A stretch of 64,000 nucleotides of DNA, taken from NCBI GenBank assembly GCA_013044245.1, contig JABEVK010000004.1, positions 1,842 to 65,841 on the forward strand, written 5' to 3'. The position numbers and the translations under genes were made by a program. Positions 26,754 to 35,121 of the stretch are shown here, piece by piece. Position 1 is the stretch's first letter. Each line of letters starts with the position of its first letter. Source of the DNA: Spirochaetales bacterium. Lineage in GTDB: Bacteria > Spirochaetota > Spirochaetia > JABEVK01. Under the pieces are notes generated by a model. It saw only the letters and a program-made list of their open reading frames with translations. It made no database searches and was not told the origin of the DNA.

Positions 26754-27844
26754 GAGGATCCTTCCCAGGCTCCCATCGTGCGCAGGTCGCCTATCAATCG
26801 TTCTTTTTGTGGCATTCCGGGAAAATCCACCAAATGATGCCAGACTTTTAGGTCAGTCCAGCCGGCTTTCCAGGCTATTCTGTATGCGGCAATAGCATCG
26901 GCGTAGTCATCCATTCCATACAAATAGATGGTCCCAAGCTGGAACTCCCATTCTGCTTCATGGGGTGTCGGGGGCTTTTCAGGACTCGGAGCCGGAGAAG
27001 TAGTCGGATTCGGAGACGTATTCGGAGCCGGTACCTGCGATGGGGGAGGAGTAGGAAGCGGTGGTGGCGTTGGGCTAGCGGCTGGTGTCGGACTAGCTGT
27101 GGCTAGCGGCGTAGCCGCAGGGGTGTTTTTTTCAGCGAGAATGGCTTGCTTGAGTGCCCCCGCCGCGTTGTCAAATTGCTCAAGGTTTACATAAACCTCT
27201 GACAAGGCGGCGTAAGAAAGAGCATCAGAGGCATCAAGTTTAACAACCTGCTGATAAGCCTGCAACGCTCTCGTCCAATTGTGGCGTTTTACAGCCTCTT
27301 TGCCCAGTAATTTCCACGCCTTTGGTTTGGTACCGCCTAGGTCTGCATAGGTTTTAAGCGCTTGCCATTCGTCCTCAGACCAGCCTTCTTCCCGTGCGAC
27401 ATACGCAAAATTGTATTGTGTATCGGCGTCGGCGGGAAGTTCTTTGGCTAGGTTTTTCCAAAGTTCAGCTGACGCTTTTTTATGATGGAGTTCCCACAGA
27501 AGGTATGCTTTAATTTTTAGGTAAACGGTATTGTGAGGATCTTTGCTTAATAAGGGTTGAAGAAAGGTCCAGGCTCCTTCCCAGTCACCGGTCTCGGCCA
27601 CAGCCTCAACTAAGTTGACATGCGCAACGGTGAGACGGGGGGCAAGTTTCATGGCGATTTGAAAAGCTCGGGCCGAATCGGGGTACTTTTTCATCTCGTA
27701 GTAGGCTTTTCCCAGATTATAATATTCCTTGGCTAGTGAGCCACTTCCCCAGGAGGCGCAGGAAGCTAGAACAAAGCTCATGAAGATAAACAAGAAGAGA
27801 AAGGCCAGAAGCGGCATCCTCTTTACAGCAAACTTCAACAGCAA
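26750..27844 (-). CDS. TPR-repeat lipoprotein with Pro/Thr-rich insert
   Basis: Lipobox VLASC; EYYNLGKAY and further TPR units; ~55-aa P/T/S/A tract. Confidence 0.82.
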   Translation of the reverse strand: MLLKFAVKRMPLLAFLFLFIFMSFVLASCASWGSGSLAKEYYNLGKAYYEMKKYPDSARAFQIAMKLAPRLTVAHVNLVEAVAETGDWEGAWTFLQPLLSKDPHNTVYLKIKAYLLWELHHKKASAELWKNLAKELPADADTQYNFAYVAREEGWSEDEWQALKTYADLGGTKPKAWKLLGKEAVKRHNWTRALQAYQQVVKLDASDALSYAALSEVYVNLEQFDNAAGALKQAILAEKNTPAATPLATASPTPAASPTPPPLPTPPPSQVPAPNTSPNPTTSPAPSPEKPPTPHEAEWEFQLGTIYLYGMDDYADAIAAYRIAWKAGWTDLKVWHHLVDFPGMPQKERLIGDLRTMGAWEGSS

Positions 27845-27900
27845 ATCCCCCTCATCACAGGTAGTTTATCGGGAAGCCCCAAAAAAAAGAAGAGTCAGGT

Positions 27901-27929
27901 TTGACAATCCTGGCACGACACGGCATATT
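27901..27929 (+). promoter_or_regulatory. sigma70-type promoter (leadered)
   Basis: TTGACA-17nt-CATATT; AGGAG RBS before ATG 27947. Confidence 0.7.
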
Positions 27930-27946
27930 TCGCCTCAGGAGTAAGC

Positions 27947-28447
27947 ATGAAAAAGACGTTGATTCTCGCGGTTTTGGCCGCGTTGTTAACCGGTAGTCTC
28001 TACGCCGCTGATGTTGTGACCCCAGGGGACGTGGCCGTAGGACCCATCTTTAGTCACGATGTGTTGGATGTAAGCGGGCCTCTCGGCGGTTGGGGCATCA
28101 CCGGCAAAATTGCTGGCCTACCTCCTATTTTTGGCTTTAACTTCGCAGTTGGTACGCAGGTGACCTTTGTTGGCCTTACAGCTGACTGGTGGTTGTATCA
28201 CCAGGTTTTTTACGAACCATTGAACTTCGGGTTGTATGTTGGACCAGGGTTTTTTGGTGATTTTACGTATTCGTCAAACCCTGCGTTTGACTTTGGCGTG
28301 CGAATTCCCTTTGATTTAGATATCTATCCCATCAAACCGCTGGAAGTGTTTGCCGAAATGGCGCCAGCTTTTGGTGTTTCTTTTACTGACCCCATAGCCC
28401 CTACGTGGCGTTTGCAGGCCGCCGCAGGTGCCCGCTTCTGGTTTTAA
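27947..28447 (+). CDS. Small outer-membrane beta-barrel (spirochaete DUF3996/BB0405-like)
   Basis: Signal peptide; ADWW, GLYVGPG, GVRIP, LEVFAE.AP; C-terminal ARFWF. Confidence 0.75.
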   Translation: MKKTLILAVLAALLTGSLYAADVVTPGDVAVGPIFSHDVLDVSGPLGGWGITGKIAGLPPIFGFNFAVGTQVTFVGLTADWWLYHQVFYEPLNFGLYVGPGFFGDFTYSSNPAFDFGVRIPFDLDIYPIKPLEVFAEMAPAFGVSFTDPIAPTWRLQAAAGARFWF

Positions 28448-28449
28448 AA

Positions 28450-28956
28450 ATGGAAAAACGCTTCGTTACGTACAGCGAGGTACATCAAGGCTGCCAGCTC
28501 ATCGCGACCAAGATCCAAGAGGATGGCTGGGAGCCTGATATCATTGTAGCGATTGCTTCTGGTGGGTTTATTCCGGCCAGGATTTTGAAGACCTACCTTA
28601 AGAAGGATATTTATGTGGTAGGTCTCAAACGATATGATGATGATGCCGCCGTTCACCCTGTTCCCGTGAAAATTCAATGGATCGACGAGGTGGAAAAGAA
28701 GCTTTCCGGAAGGCGAATCCTTTTAGTCGATGAAGTGGATGACACTAGGGTAACCCTATCGTATTGCTTAAGTGAACTTTTTAGGTATTCGCCTACCGAG
28801 ATTCGTGTAGCCGTACTGCATCAAAAGCGCAAAGAAAAGTTAGCAGACTTTCCTCCGCACGTGAAGGTGTACCAAGCAGAAGTTCTTGAAGATATATGGG
28901 TTAAGTACCCATGGGACGCCTTAGACGTTAGTAGGCATGAGCAAGGTTTGGATTAA
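28450..28956 (+). CDS. Purine (hypoxanthine/xanthine/guanine) phosphoribosyltransferase
   Basis: IASGGFIPARIL, PRPP loop LLVDEVDDTRVTL, WVKYPW. Confidence 0.88.
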   Translation: MEKRFVTYSEVHQGCQLIATKIQEDGWEPDIIVAIASGGFIPARILKTYLKKDIYVVGLKRYDDDAAVHPVPVKIQWIDEVEKKLSGRRILLVDEVDDTRVTLSYCLSELFRYSPTEIRVAVLHQKRKEKLADFPPHVKVYQAEVLEDIWVKYPWDALDVSRHEQGLD

Positions 28957-28976
28957 CATTTTTAAAAGTTTATTTT

Positions 28977-28992
28977 AGGCATGGTTATTGCA
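28977..28992 (+). promoter_or_regulatory. sigma54 (RpoN) -24/-12 promoter for glnK-amtB
   Basis: AGGCAT-GGTTA-TTGCA with exact GG-N10-GC spacing, AT-rich upstream, GGAGG downstream. Confidence 0.7.
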
Positions 28993-29020
28993 TGGCTTTC
29001 TATGGAGGTCATGCTCTGAC

Positions 29021-29362
29021 ATGAAATTAATCGTAGCCATCATCCAACCTTTTCGCCTAGAAGAGGTGAAAGAGGCACTCTACGCCGCTGATGTTCAACT
29101 TATAACCGTTTCGGAAGTTCTCGGTCACGGCCGCCAAGGGGGCGTAACCGAGGTGTACCGGGGCAATAAAGAAACAGGAAATCTCCTCAGAAAAATCCGC
29201 TTAGAAATTGCGGTCAATGATGAATATGTCGACAAGACGATTCGGGCGATTATTGACGGAGCAAAAACCGGCGAACTAGGCGACGGTAAAATCTTTGTCT
29301 ACCAACTTGAAGACTGCATCCGTATTCGAACCGAAGAACGCGGCCCCGCTGCTATCGGATAA
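29021..29362 (+). CDS. glnK: P-II nitrogen regulatory protein
   Basis: [33 protein letters not shown]; adjacent to amt. Confidence 0.93.
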   Translation: MKLIVAIIQPFRLEEVKEALYAADVQLITVSEVLGHGRQGGVTEVYRGNKETGNLLRKIRLEIAVNDEYVDKTIRAIIDGAKTGELGDGKIFVYQLEDCIRIRTEERGPAAIG

Positions 29363-29414
29363 GTTACAATTTGGTAACTATGTCATACATATTTGTCATT
29401 TCTGAGGATTGATT

Positions 29415-30686
29415 ATGATTAACAACGCCAATAACGCATGGGTGCTTTTAAGTGCAGCCCTGATTCTTTTTATGACAGTTCCCGCCTTGGGCTTATTTTA
29501 TGGGGGCTTGGTCAAACGTAAAAATGTACTGTCTGTTTTGATGCAAAGCTTCGCGAGTTTAATTGTGGTGAGTTTACTATGGGTGATTGTTGGCTATAGC
29601 TTGGCCTTTAGTCCCACAGAACTGATTCCTGGTGTCATCGGGGATTTTCGCTGGTTTTTCTTAAACGGCATCGCTCCCAATGACCCAAGTCCGTATACAG
29701 TTTCGGCTCCAAATGCCCCCGTCGCTCACCTGTCGTTTGTTCTGTTTCAATGTATGTTTGCCGTCATCACTCCCGCGGTAGTCTCGGGTGCGGTGGCCGA
29801 AAGGATGAAATTTTCGTCTTTTTTAGCTTTTTCGGTTATTTGGCTCTTCGTTGTCTATATTCCTTTGGCCCACATGGCTTGGTCGCGGAATGGCCTTTTT
29901 GCCAAGATGGGGTTAATGGATTACGCAGGCGGAACGGTGGTCGAAATCAACTCGGGCTTTAGTGCGTTGGCGGCTGCTCTTCTTTTGGGGCGACGTACAA
30001 AATTAAAACCGGTCCCTCCTCACAACCTCACCTTTACGTTGACGGGTGCAGCCATGCTCTGGTTTGGGTGGTTTGGATTTAATGCGGGTAGCGGCCTTGC
30101 CGCTGATGGTCTTGCCTCAAGTGCAGTTTTAATGACAAATACAGCGGCGGCGGCGGCGGCGTTGGTTTGGGCTGGTTTAGATTGGTTTTTGCAGAAGAAA
30201 CCGACAATTCTTGGCGCGGCTTCGGGTGCTGTCGCGGGGCTAGTTGTAATCACACCAGCGGCAGGTTTTGTTTCTCTTCCCGGAGCGTTGCTTTTAGGAT
30301 TTGCCGCTGGTGCAGTGTGTTATGTCTTTGTGGTAGTCATCAAGAATAAGCTCGGTTACGATGATTCTTTGGATGCCTTTGGTGTTCATGGCATAGCCGG
30401 TGTGCTGGGGACGGTCGGTACAGGGTTGTTCGCCGCTCCCTTTATTACCAGACCCTTTGGCATGAATAACGGCAATGGTTTTACGGGGCTCTTTTTTGGA
30501 AATCCCTCTGCCCTGGGGGTGCAAGTACTGGCAACCTTCACGGCGATGCTGTGGGCGTTTGCTGGTACCTTTGTGATTTTTTTGGTATTGAAAAAAACTA
30601 TGGGTTTAAGGGTCACGCCCAAAGAAGAAGCCATCGGTTTGGATATTACTCAACATAATGAACGCGCTTATACGGTAATCGAGTAA
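29415..30686 (+). CDS. amtB: Ammonium transporter
   Basis: GLFYGGLV, FQCMFA, AERM, DYAGG, LWFGWFGFNAGS, DDSLDAFGVHG, GLDITQHNE. Confidence 0.96.
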   Translation: MINNANNAWVLLSAALILFMTVPALGLFYGGLVKRKNVLSVLMQSFASLIVVSLLWVIVGYSLAFSPTELIPGVIGDFRWFFLNGIAPNDPSPYTVSAPNAPVAHLSFVLFQCMFAVITPAVVSGAVAERMKFSSFLAFSVIWLFVVYIPLAHMAWSRNGLFAKMGLMDYAGGTVVEINSGFSALAAALLLGRRTKLKPVPPHNLTFTLTGAAMLWFGWFGFNAGSGLAADGLASSAVLMTNTAAAAAALVWAGLDWFLQKKPTILGAASGAVAGLVVITPAAGFVSLPGALLLGFAAGAVCYVFVVVIKNKLGYDDSLDAFGVHGIAGVLGTVGTGLFAAPFITRPFGMNNGNGFTGLFFGNPSALGVQVLATFTAMLWAFAGTFVIFLVLKKTMGLRVTPKEEAIGLDITQHNERAYTVIE

Positions 30687-30711
30687 GACTTCGCTGATTT
30701 CACACTAGGCC

Positions 30712-30739
30712 TTGACCCGGGACGGATCCTTTGCACAAT
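30712..30739 (+). promoter_or_regulatory. sigma70-type promoter, leaderless geometry
   Basis: TTGACC-16nt-CACAAT-6nt-ATG(30746); no SD. Confidence 0.55.
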
Positions 30740-30745
30740 GAAAGC

Positions 30746-32302
30746 ATGCCCCCTAAGGAAGACCCCCGGGTAGAGGCCTTAACTTTGCCACCATTTTCTC
30801 TTTTAACGGCTGATCAGCGTCTCAAGTTGGCAAGTTTGTGCCATGCTGACCAGTGTCGGCCGGGGGATATCGTGGCATGGGAAGGTGAACCTCAAGCCGA
30901 GCTTATCCTGGTCGCTTCTGGACGACTTATAGCGGGCCCCGACCAAATGGTTAAGAGTTATCCCCAGGGCAGTCTTTTAGGGTCTTTACAACAGGCCCCT
31001 TGGGAACAAACCTTCAAGGCGGAGGTGCCGACTTTGGTCGTCAGACTTCCCCAGGAAAATTTTTTTACATGGTTAAAGTCATATCCCGTCTCTTCTTTGT
31101 TTCTGAAACAAATTCCTGGTTTATCTCCTGCCATGCTAACGCATTTGGCGCAACACAACTCGTCAAAAATGGCGCTACTTACCGACGATGAACACCCCTT
31201 GTTTGAGTTTAGAACGTCAGAGTGGGTGATCTTTGTTCGCCTTTTAGGGCCACTAGGAGGGCTCTTGGCCTGCTTAGGAGCTGGGTTGTGGAGTTTTTTT
31301 CAAGGGGGAAGTATAGCCTGGGAAGGAATCCTGGCCGCGGCAGTTCTTGTCTTTCTCTGGGGTCTAGTGATCCTGGTAGGTGGTCAGTTAAATCTTCTTT
31401 TGGTGACAAACCGGGCGTTAATTCTCAGAACGTTTGGTTTCTCTCCCTTGAGAATTCGTCATACTCGCATTTTGAGAGAGGAACTGAGATCTTTGAAGGT
31501 ATTACGTTCAGGCTGGGCATCGCGGCTATTTTCTGTCGTAACGGTTGAGCTGGCGACTGAGGGGAATGTTGAACGCTTTCAGCAGGTTCCTGCTAGCAGA
31601 GATCTGGACGAGTTTGTTGCCTATTGTCAACCAACGGTTTCTTCGGAGTTTGACGATCAGGATTTAAGAGAAATTCTCGAAGAGTCTGTCGGTGGGTTAG
31701 CGGTACCCCAACGACTTTTTTGGGCGGCGGAACAACAGGGCGAGCGTACCTATCGGCGTCATCCCGCATATCTGGTTGCGCGCTTAACCTCTGGGGTATT
31801 CTGGTTGTTGGTAATCACAGGTATGGGTTTTTTAGGGAGCCTTTTATGGCCCAGAGGTATGATTGTTCTTGTTTTGTTTTTAACCCCGATTGCCTGTATT
31901 CCTCTGGCGCAAATGGTAAGCCGTTTTTGGTCGTGGAAAGGTTCGTTTTTAAAATTTTCAGGTTCAAGAGTGATCTTTCGTCAACAAACACCCTGGCGGT
32001 GGCACGAAACCCTACAAGAGGCGCCGTTAAGTCAACTTCAAGAAGTTCGGGTCATACAAGCGACCTGGTGGGAAATGCTCATGGATATTGGTACGCTTAA
32101 CTTGTATTTTGGCGCTGAACAACCAGTGACGGCTCAAGGGTTTCCACACCCGGGACGCATTCAAGCCGAGTTGTTTCGTATGAAAGAAGAATTAGGGCGC
32201 CAAGCCCGACGTGCCGACCAAAAGCAACACTTTCAAGATATGGCGCGAATTTTGAAAGTGTGGAAGCAGTTCTCTCAAGGTTCTCTCGATGAGAAAAAAT
32301 GA
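30746..32302 (+). CDS. Membrane protein: N-terminal cNMP-binding-like domain plus two (2 TM + bacterial PH domain) units
   Basis: PPFSLL...PGDIVAWEGE...LVASG Crp-like strands; LVTNRA and RRHP...IGTL bPH_2 signatures. Confidence 0.65.
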   Translation: MPPKEDPRVEALTLPPFSLLTADQRLKLASLCHADQCRPGDIVAWEGEPQAELILVASGRLIAGPDQMVKSYPQGSLLGSLQQAPWEQTFKAEVPTLVVRLPQENFFTWLKSYPVSSLFLKQIPGLSPAMLTHLAQHNSSKMALLTDDEHPLFEFRTSEWVIFVRLLGPLGGLLACLGAGLWSFFQGGSIAWEGILAAAVLVFLWGLVILVGGQLNLLLVTNRALILRTFGFSPLRIRHTRILREELRSLKVLRSGWASRLFSVVTVELATEGNVERFQQVPASRDLDEFVAYCQPTVSSEFDDQDLREILEESVGGLAVPQRLFWAAEQQGERTYRRHPAYLVARLTSGVFWLLVITGMGFLGSLLWPRGMIVLVLFLTPIACIPLAQMVSRFWSWKGSFLKFSGSRVIFRQQTPWRWHETLQEAPLSQLQEVRVIQATWWEMLMDIGTLNLYFGAEQPVTAQGFPHPGRIQAELFRMKEELGRQARRADQKQHFQDMARILKVWKQFSQGSLDEKK

Positions 32303-32314
32303 CAAGGGGAAAAA

Positions 32315-32650
32315 ATGAAACAGTTATTTGTCAGAAAAACGTGTCGTGAAAGTCAAAAGGCCGAGAGGTGGTTGAAAGAGCGAGGAATCCCGTATTCTCG
32401 CTGTGACATCGAGGTAAAATTTCCTTCTCCTGCTGAACTGGAAAGTCTCGCTCGTGGTGTTCAAGGTTGGGACAATCTTGTAGATAAAGATTGTTCTGCA
32501 TGGAAAAAAGAGGGAATGGCCTGGAGAGTTTTTGAGCCCGAGACAGAACTTGCTGAGTTTCCTCAGCTGTTAAAAACCCCGCTGTTGCGTGAGGGGAAAC
32601 GAGCAATAGCGGGATTTAATCCCGCTGTTTATGAAACGTTTTGCCAGTGA
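32315..32650 (+). CDS. ArsC/Spx/YffB-family protein
   Basis: KTCRESQKAERWLKERGI, LLKTPLLR, AGF. Confidence 0.85.
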   Translation: MKQLFVRKTCRESQKAERWLKERGIPYSRCDIEVKFPSPAELESLARGVQGWDNLVDKDCSAWKKEGMAWRVFEPETELAEFPQLLKTPLLREGKRAIAGFNPAVYETFCQ

Positions 32651-32658
32651 ATGCAATA

Positions 32659-33723
32659 TTAGACCACGCTGTAAAGTTCGACCGGGCCGTCTATGCCTTT
32701 TAAGCTGGCGGTACGACGGTAAATCTTAGATGCGTTAGTTTCTGTCCAGGCTTTAAGGCGAGCTTTTACCGGCGCATCGTTGAGAATGTCTCGACTGAAA
32801 CAAATCATGTGGTTATCTGCTACCCCTTGAATTCGGGCGGCTAAATTGACGGTATTGCCAAAATAATCGACGCGGTCATTCAAGTTGACAACAATAGCAG
32901 GGCCGACATGCACACCCATTTTAATTTCAAGTCCGCCGCCTAGCACCTCCCATTTTTCTTGTTGGAAGGCCTGAAACGCTTCTAAGGCGGCATTGATGGC
33001 ATCGACGGGTTTCAGAAAGCTGGCCATGACGGCATCACCAATCGTTTTGATCACGACACCACGTTGTTGCTCAATGGCTGAAAATAAGATTTTAAAGTGA
33101 TCACGTACAATCCGATACGAAGTGGCATCTCCATATTGAGAATACATCTGTGTCGAGCCTTTGATATCAGTGAACAATAACGTGATGCGACTAATTTCCA
33201 AACTTTCTTCTGTTGAGAGCACATCATCACCGAACAACTCATGGTACAGCGGGTTATTGATTATTTCGAGGCCAGACAAGAACTCTTGCGGCAAAGAGCT
33301 TTTTTGTTCTTTGAAATTTTTGACCATTGCGTCAAAGGCATGTTGTGAAAGCGTTTCGGGCAAGGGCAAAAGTCCCGGATGTACCGTAAACGTCACAGCA
33401 ACATTGGTATCGAGTGAATTGCGAAAGACTGCACTGCACAAAGGGCATTGTTCGCTAGACTTCAATTCTTTAAAGTTATGCTTGAAACCAGGCATTCCAC
33501 CGCAAACACGGCAGTAATAAGCCCAATTGAGCGTGAATTGGCCAGCCAGGACGGCACGCAGAAAGTAATCTATCAATGTCGCCACGTCAAGCTTCACTTG
33601 TCTAGACAACTCTTTCAAATTAATGCGAAACAACTGCTCTTCACTCGCCTTATTTAGCCAGTTCACTAAAGTAGGGGGGGCATCGAGCCCCTGGGTAAGT
33701 TTTGTCCAATTGAGATTTGCCAT
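32659..33723 (-). CDS. Class III adenylate cyclase with N-terminal DUF5939-like zinc-ribbon domain
   Basis: CRVC...CPLC; LFTDIKGST, KTIGDAVMA, DYFGNTVNLAARI. Confidence 0.9.
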   Translation of the reverse strand: MANLNWTKLTQGLDAPPTLVNWLNKASEEQLFRINLKELSRQVKLDVATLIDYFLRAVLAGQFTLNWAYYCRVCGGMPGFKHNFKELKSSEQCPLCSAVFRNSLDTNVAVTFTVHPGLLPLPETLSQHAFDAMVKNFKEQKSSLPQEFLSGLEIINNPLYHELFGDDVLSTEESLEISRITLLFTDIKGSTQMYSQYGDATSYRIVRDHFKILFSAIEQQRGVVIKTIGDAVMASFLKPVDAINAALEAFQAFQQEKWEVLGGGLEIKMGVHVGPAIVVNLNDRVDYFGNTVNLAARIQGVADNHMICFSRDILNDAPVKARLKAWTETNASKIYRRTASLKGIDGPVELYSVV

Positions 33724-33779
33724 TCATTCCCCCATACCAAGGAATATAGCATTACTTTAGTCAGATTTCCACGCGGGAC

Positions 33780-33808
33780 TTGGTGGGAATGCACAGAAGT
33801 GCTAGTCT
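33780..33808 (+). promoter_or_regulatory. sigma70-type promoter, leaderless geometry
   Basis: TTGGTG-17nt-(TGc)TAGTCT-7nt-ATG(33816); no SD. Confidence 0.55.
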
Positions 33809-33815
33809 TTTCTGT

Positions 33816-35078
33816 ATGGAACTCTCACTATTTGGTCAGCGCTTTACGCAAAAATCAGGCATTCTTGAGTTAATGGAAGATTTGGGGACAGCTCTGGATG
33901 CCCCCCGTGACATTGCCATGTTAGGAGGGGGCAACCCCGCTTCCATACCCGCTGTTAACCGAATTTGGAAAGAACGGCTGGAAGAGATACTCAAAGATGA
34001 TAATGAGCTCGAGGTTTTTCTTACACAATATGATGGTCCTCAGGGTAAACTCAGTTTTCTTCAAGGATTGGCGAATTTTTTTAAGACACGTTTTGGTTGG
34101 GACGTAGGACCAGAAAATATAGCAGTGACCAATGGTAGTCAAAATGCCTTTTTTTTGCTTTTCAACCTGTTTGCTGGTGAGTTCGCTTCGGGACGAAAAA
34201 AGTCTATCCTGTTTCCTTTGGCCCCTGAATATATCGGGTATGCCGATCAGGCGTTGGGACATGATAGTTTTAGATCCTGCCGACCTAAGATCGAAATTCT
34301 TTCCAACCCCTATTTTAAATACTTTGTTGACTTTGAACACTTGTCTTTAGGGGCAGAGACAGGGGCTATCTGTGTTAGTCGACCCACGAATCCGACGGGA
34401 AATGTTTTGACAAAAGAGGAAATCGATCGACTTTCGGATTTGTGTCAAAAGACCGCTATACCTCTGTTATTGGATAACGCCTATGGAACACCTTTTCCTG
34501 GTATCTTGTTTGAAGATATTGAACCCTTTTGGAATGAAACAACTGTTTTGGTCCTAAGCCTTAGTAAATTAGGCTTACCTGCTGCTCGTACAGGAATTGT
34601 CGTTGCTCGCCCTGAAATTGTTGCGGCGGTGACCTCGGCAAATGCTATCTTGAACCTAGCTAACTCGGGAATGGGGCAAACATTGCTCTTACCCTTGCTT
34701 AAACAAGGGGCCTTGTATCAGATCAGTCAAACTTTGATCCGGCCCTTTTATCAAAATCTTCGCGATTTTGCTCTCAATTGTATTGCTCAGATCTTTGCCG
34801 GGCGTTTTCCCTATCATATCCATCAACCTCAGGGTGCCTTGTTTCTATGGATTTGGTTTCCAGAGCTTCCCGTGTCGACCCGAGAACTCTACGAACTGCT
34901 CAAAGCTCGAGGCGTAATTATCGTACCTGGAGAATATTTCTTTTTTGGGATGCCGGCTGAGGATGAGCATTGGAAGCACCGTCAAGAATGTGTACGGCTG
35001 AATTATGCTCGGCCTGCTACAGAGCTCACAATGGGGTTGCAACGAATAGCCGAGGTGGTCGAACGGTGCTATCGGTAA
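33816..35078 (+). CDS. avtA: Valine--pyruvate transaminase
   Basis: MELSLFG, MLGGGNP, YDGPQG, NGSQ, PEYIGY, SRPTNPTGN, DNAYG, SLSKLGLP. Confidence 0.93.
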   Translation: MELSLFGQRFTQKSGILELMEDLGTALDAPRDIAMLGGGNPASIPAVNRIWKERLEEILKDDNELEVFLTQYDGPQGKLSFLQGLANFFKTRFGWDVGPENIAVTNGSQNAFFLLFNLFAGEFASGRKKSILFPLAPEYIGYADQALGHDSFRSCRPKIEILSNPYFKYFVDFEHLSLGAETGAICVSRPTNPTGNVLTKEEIDRLSDLCQKTAIPLLLDNAYGTPFPGILFEDIEPFWNETTVLVLSLSKLGLPAARTGIVVARPEIVAAVTSANAILNLANSGMGQTLLLPLLKQGALYQISQTLIRPFYQNLRDFALNCIAQIFAGRFPYHIHQPQGALFLWIWFPELPVSTRELYELLKARGVIIVPGEYFFFGMPAEDEHWKHRQECVRLNYARPATELTMGLQRIAEVVERCYR

Positions 35079-35086
35079 ACTTTTTG

Positions 35087-35115
35087 TTGCCAACTGTGTG
35101 GCGTTGCGCCATACT
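35087..35115 (+). promoter_or_regulatory. sigma70-type promoter, leaderless geometry
   Basis: TTGCCA-17nt-CATACT-6nt-ATG(35122); no SD. Confidence 0.65.
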
Positions 35116-35121
35116 GAGTCT

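Noticed and set aside
27911..27925. TGGCACG...GC as a sigma54 promoter
   Set aside because: GG-to-GC spacing is 9 nt rather than 10, and it sits in the spacer of a good TTGACA-17-CATATT promoter.
30746..33723. Pycsar-like anti-phage system (class III cyclase + cNMP-TM effector)
   Set aside because: Genes are convergent and not an operon, the cyclase has adenine-specifying Lys/Asp, the cNMP pocket is degenerate, and there is no defence-island context.
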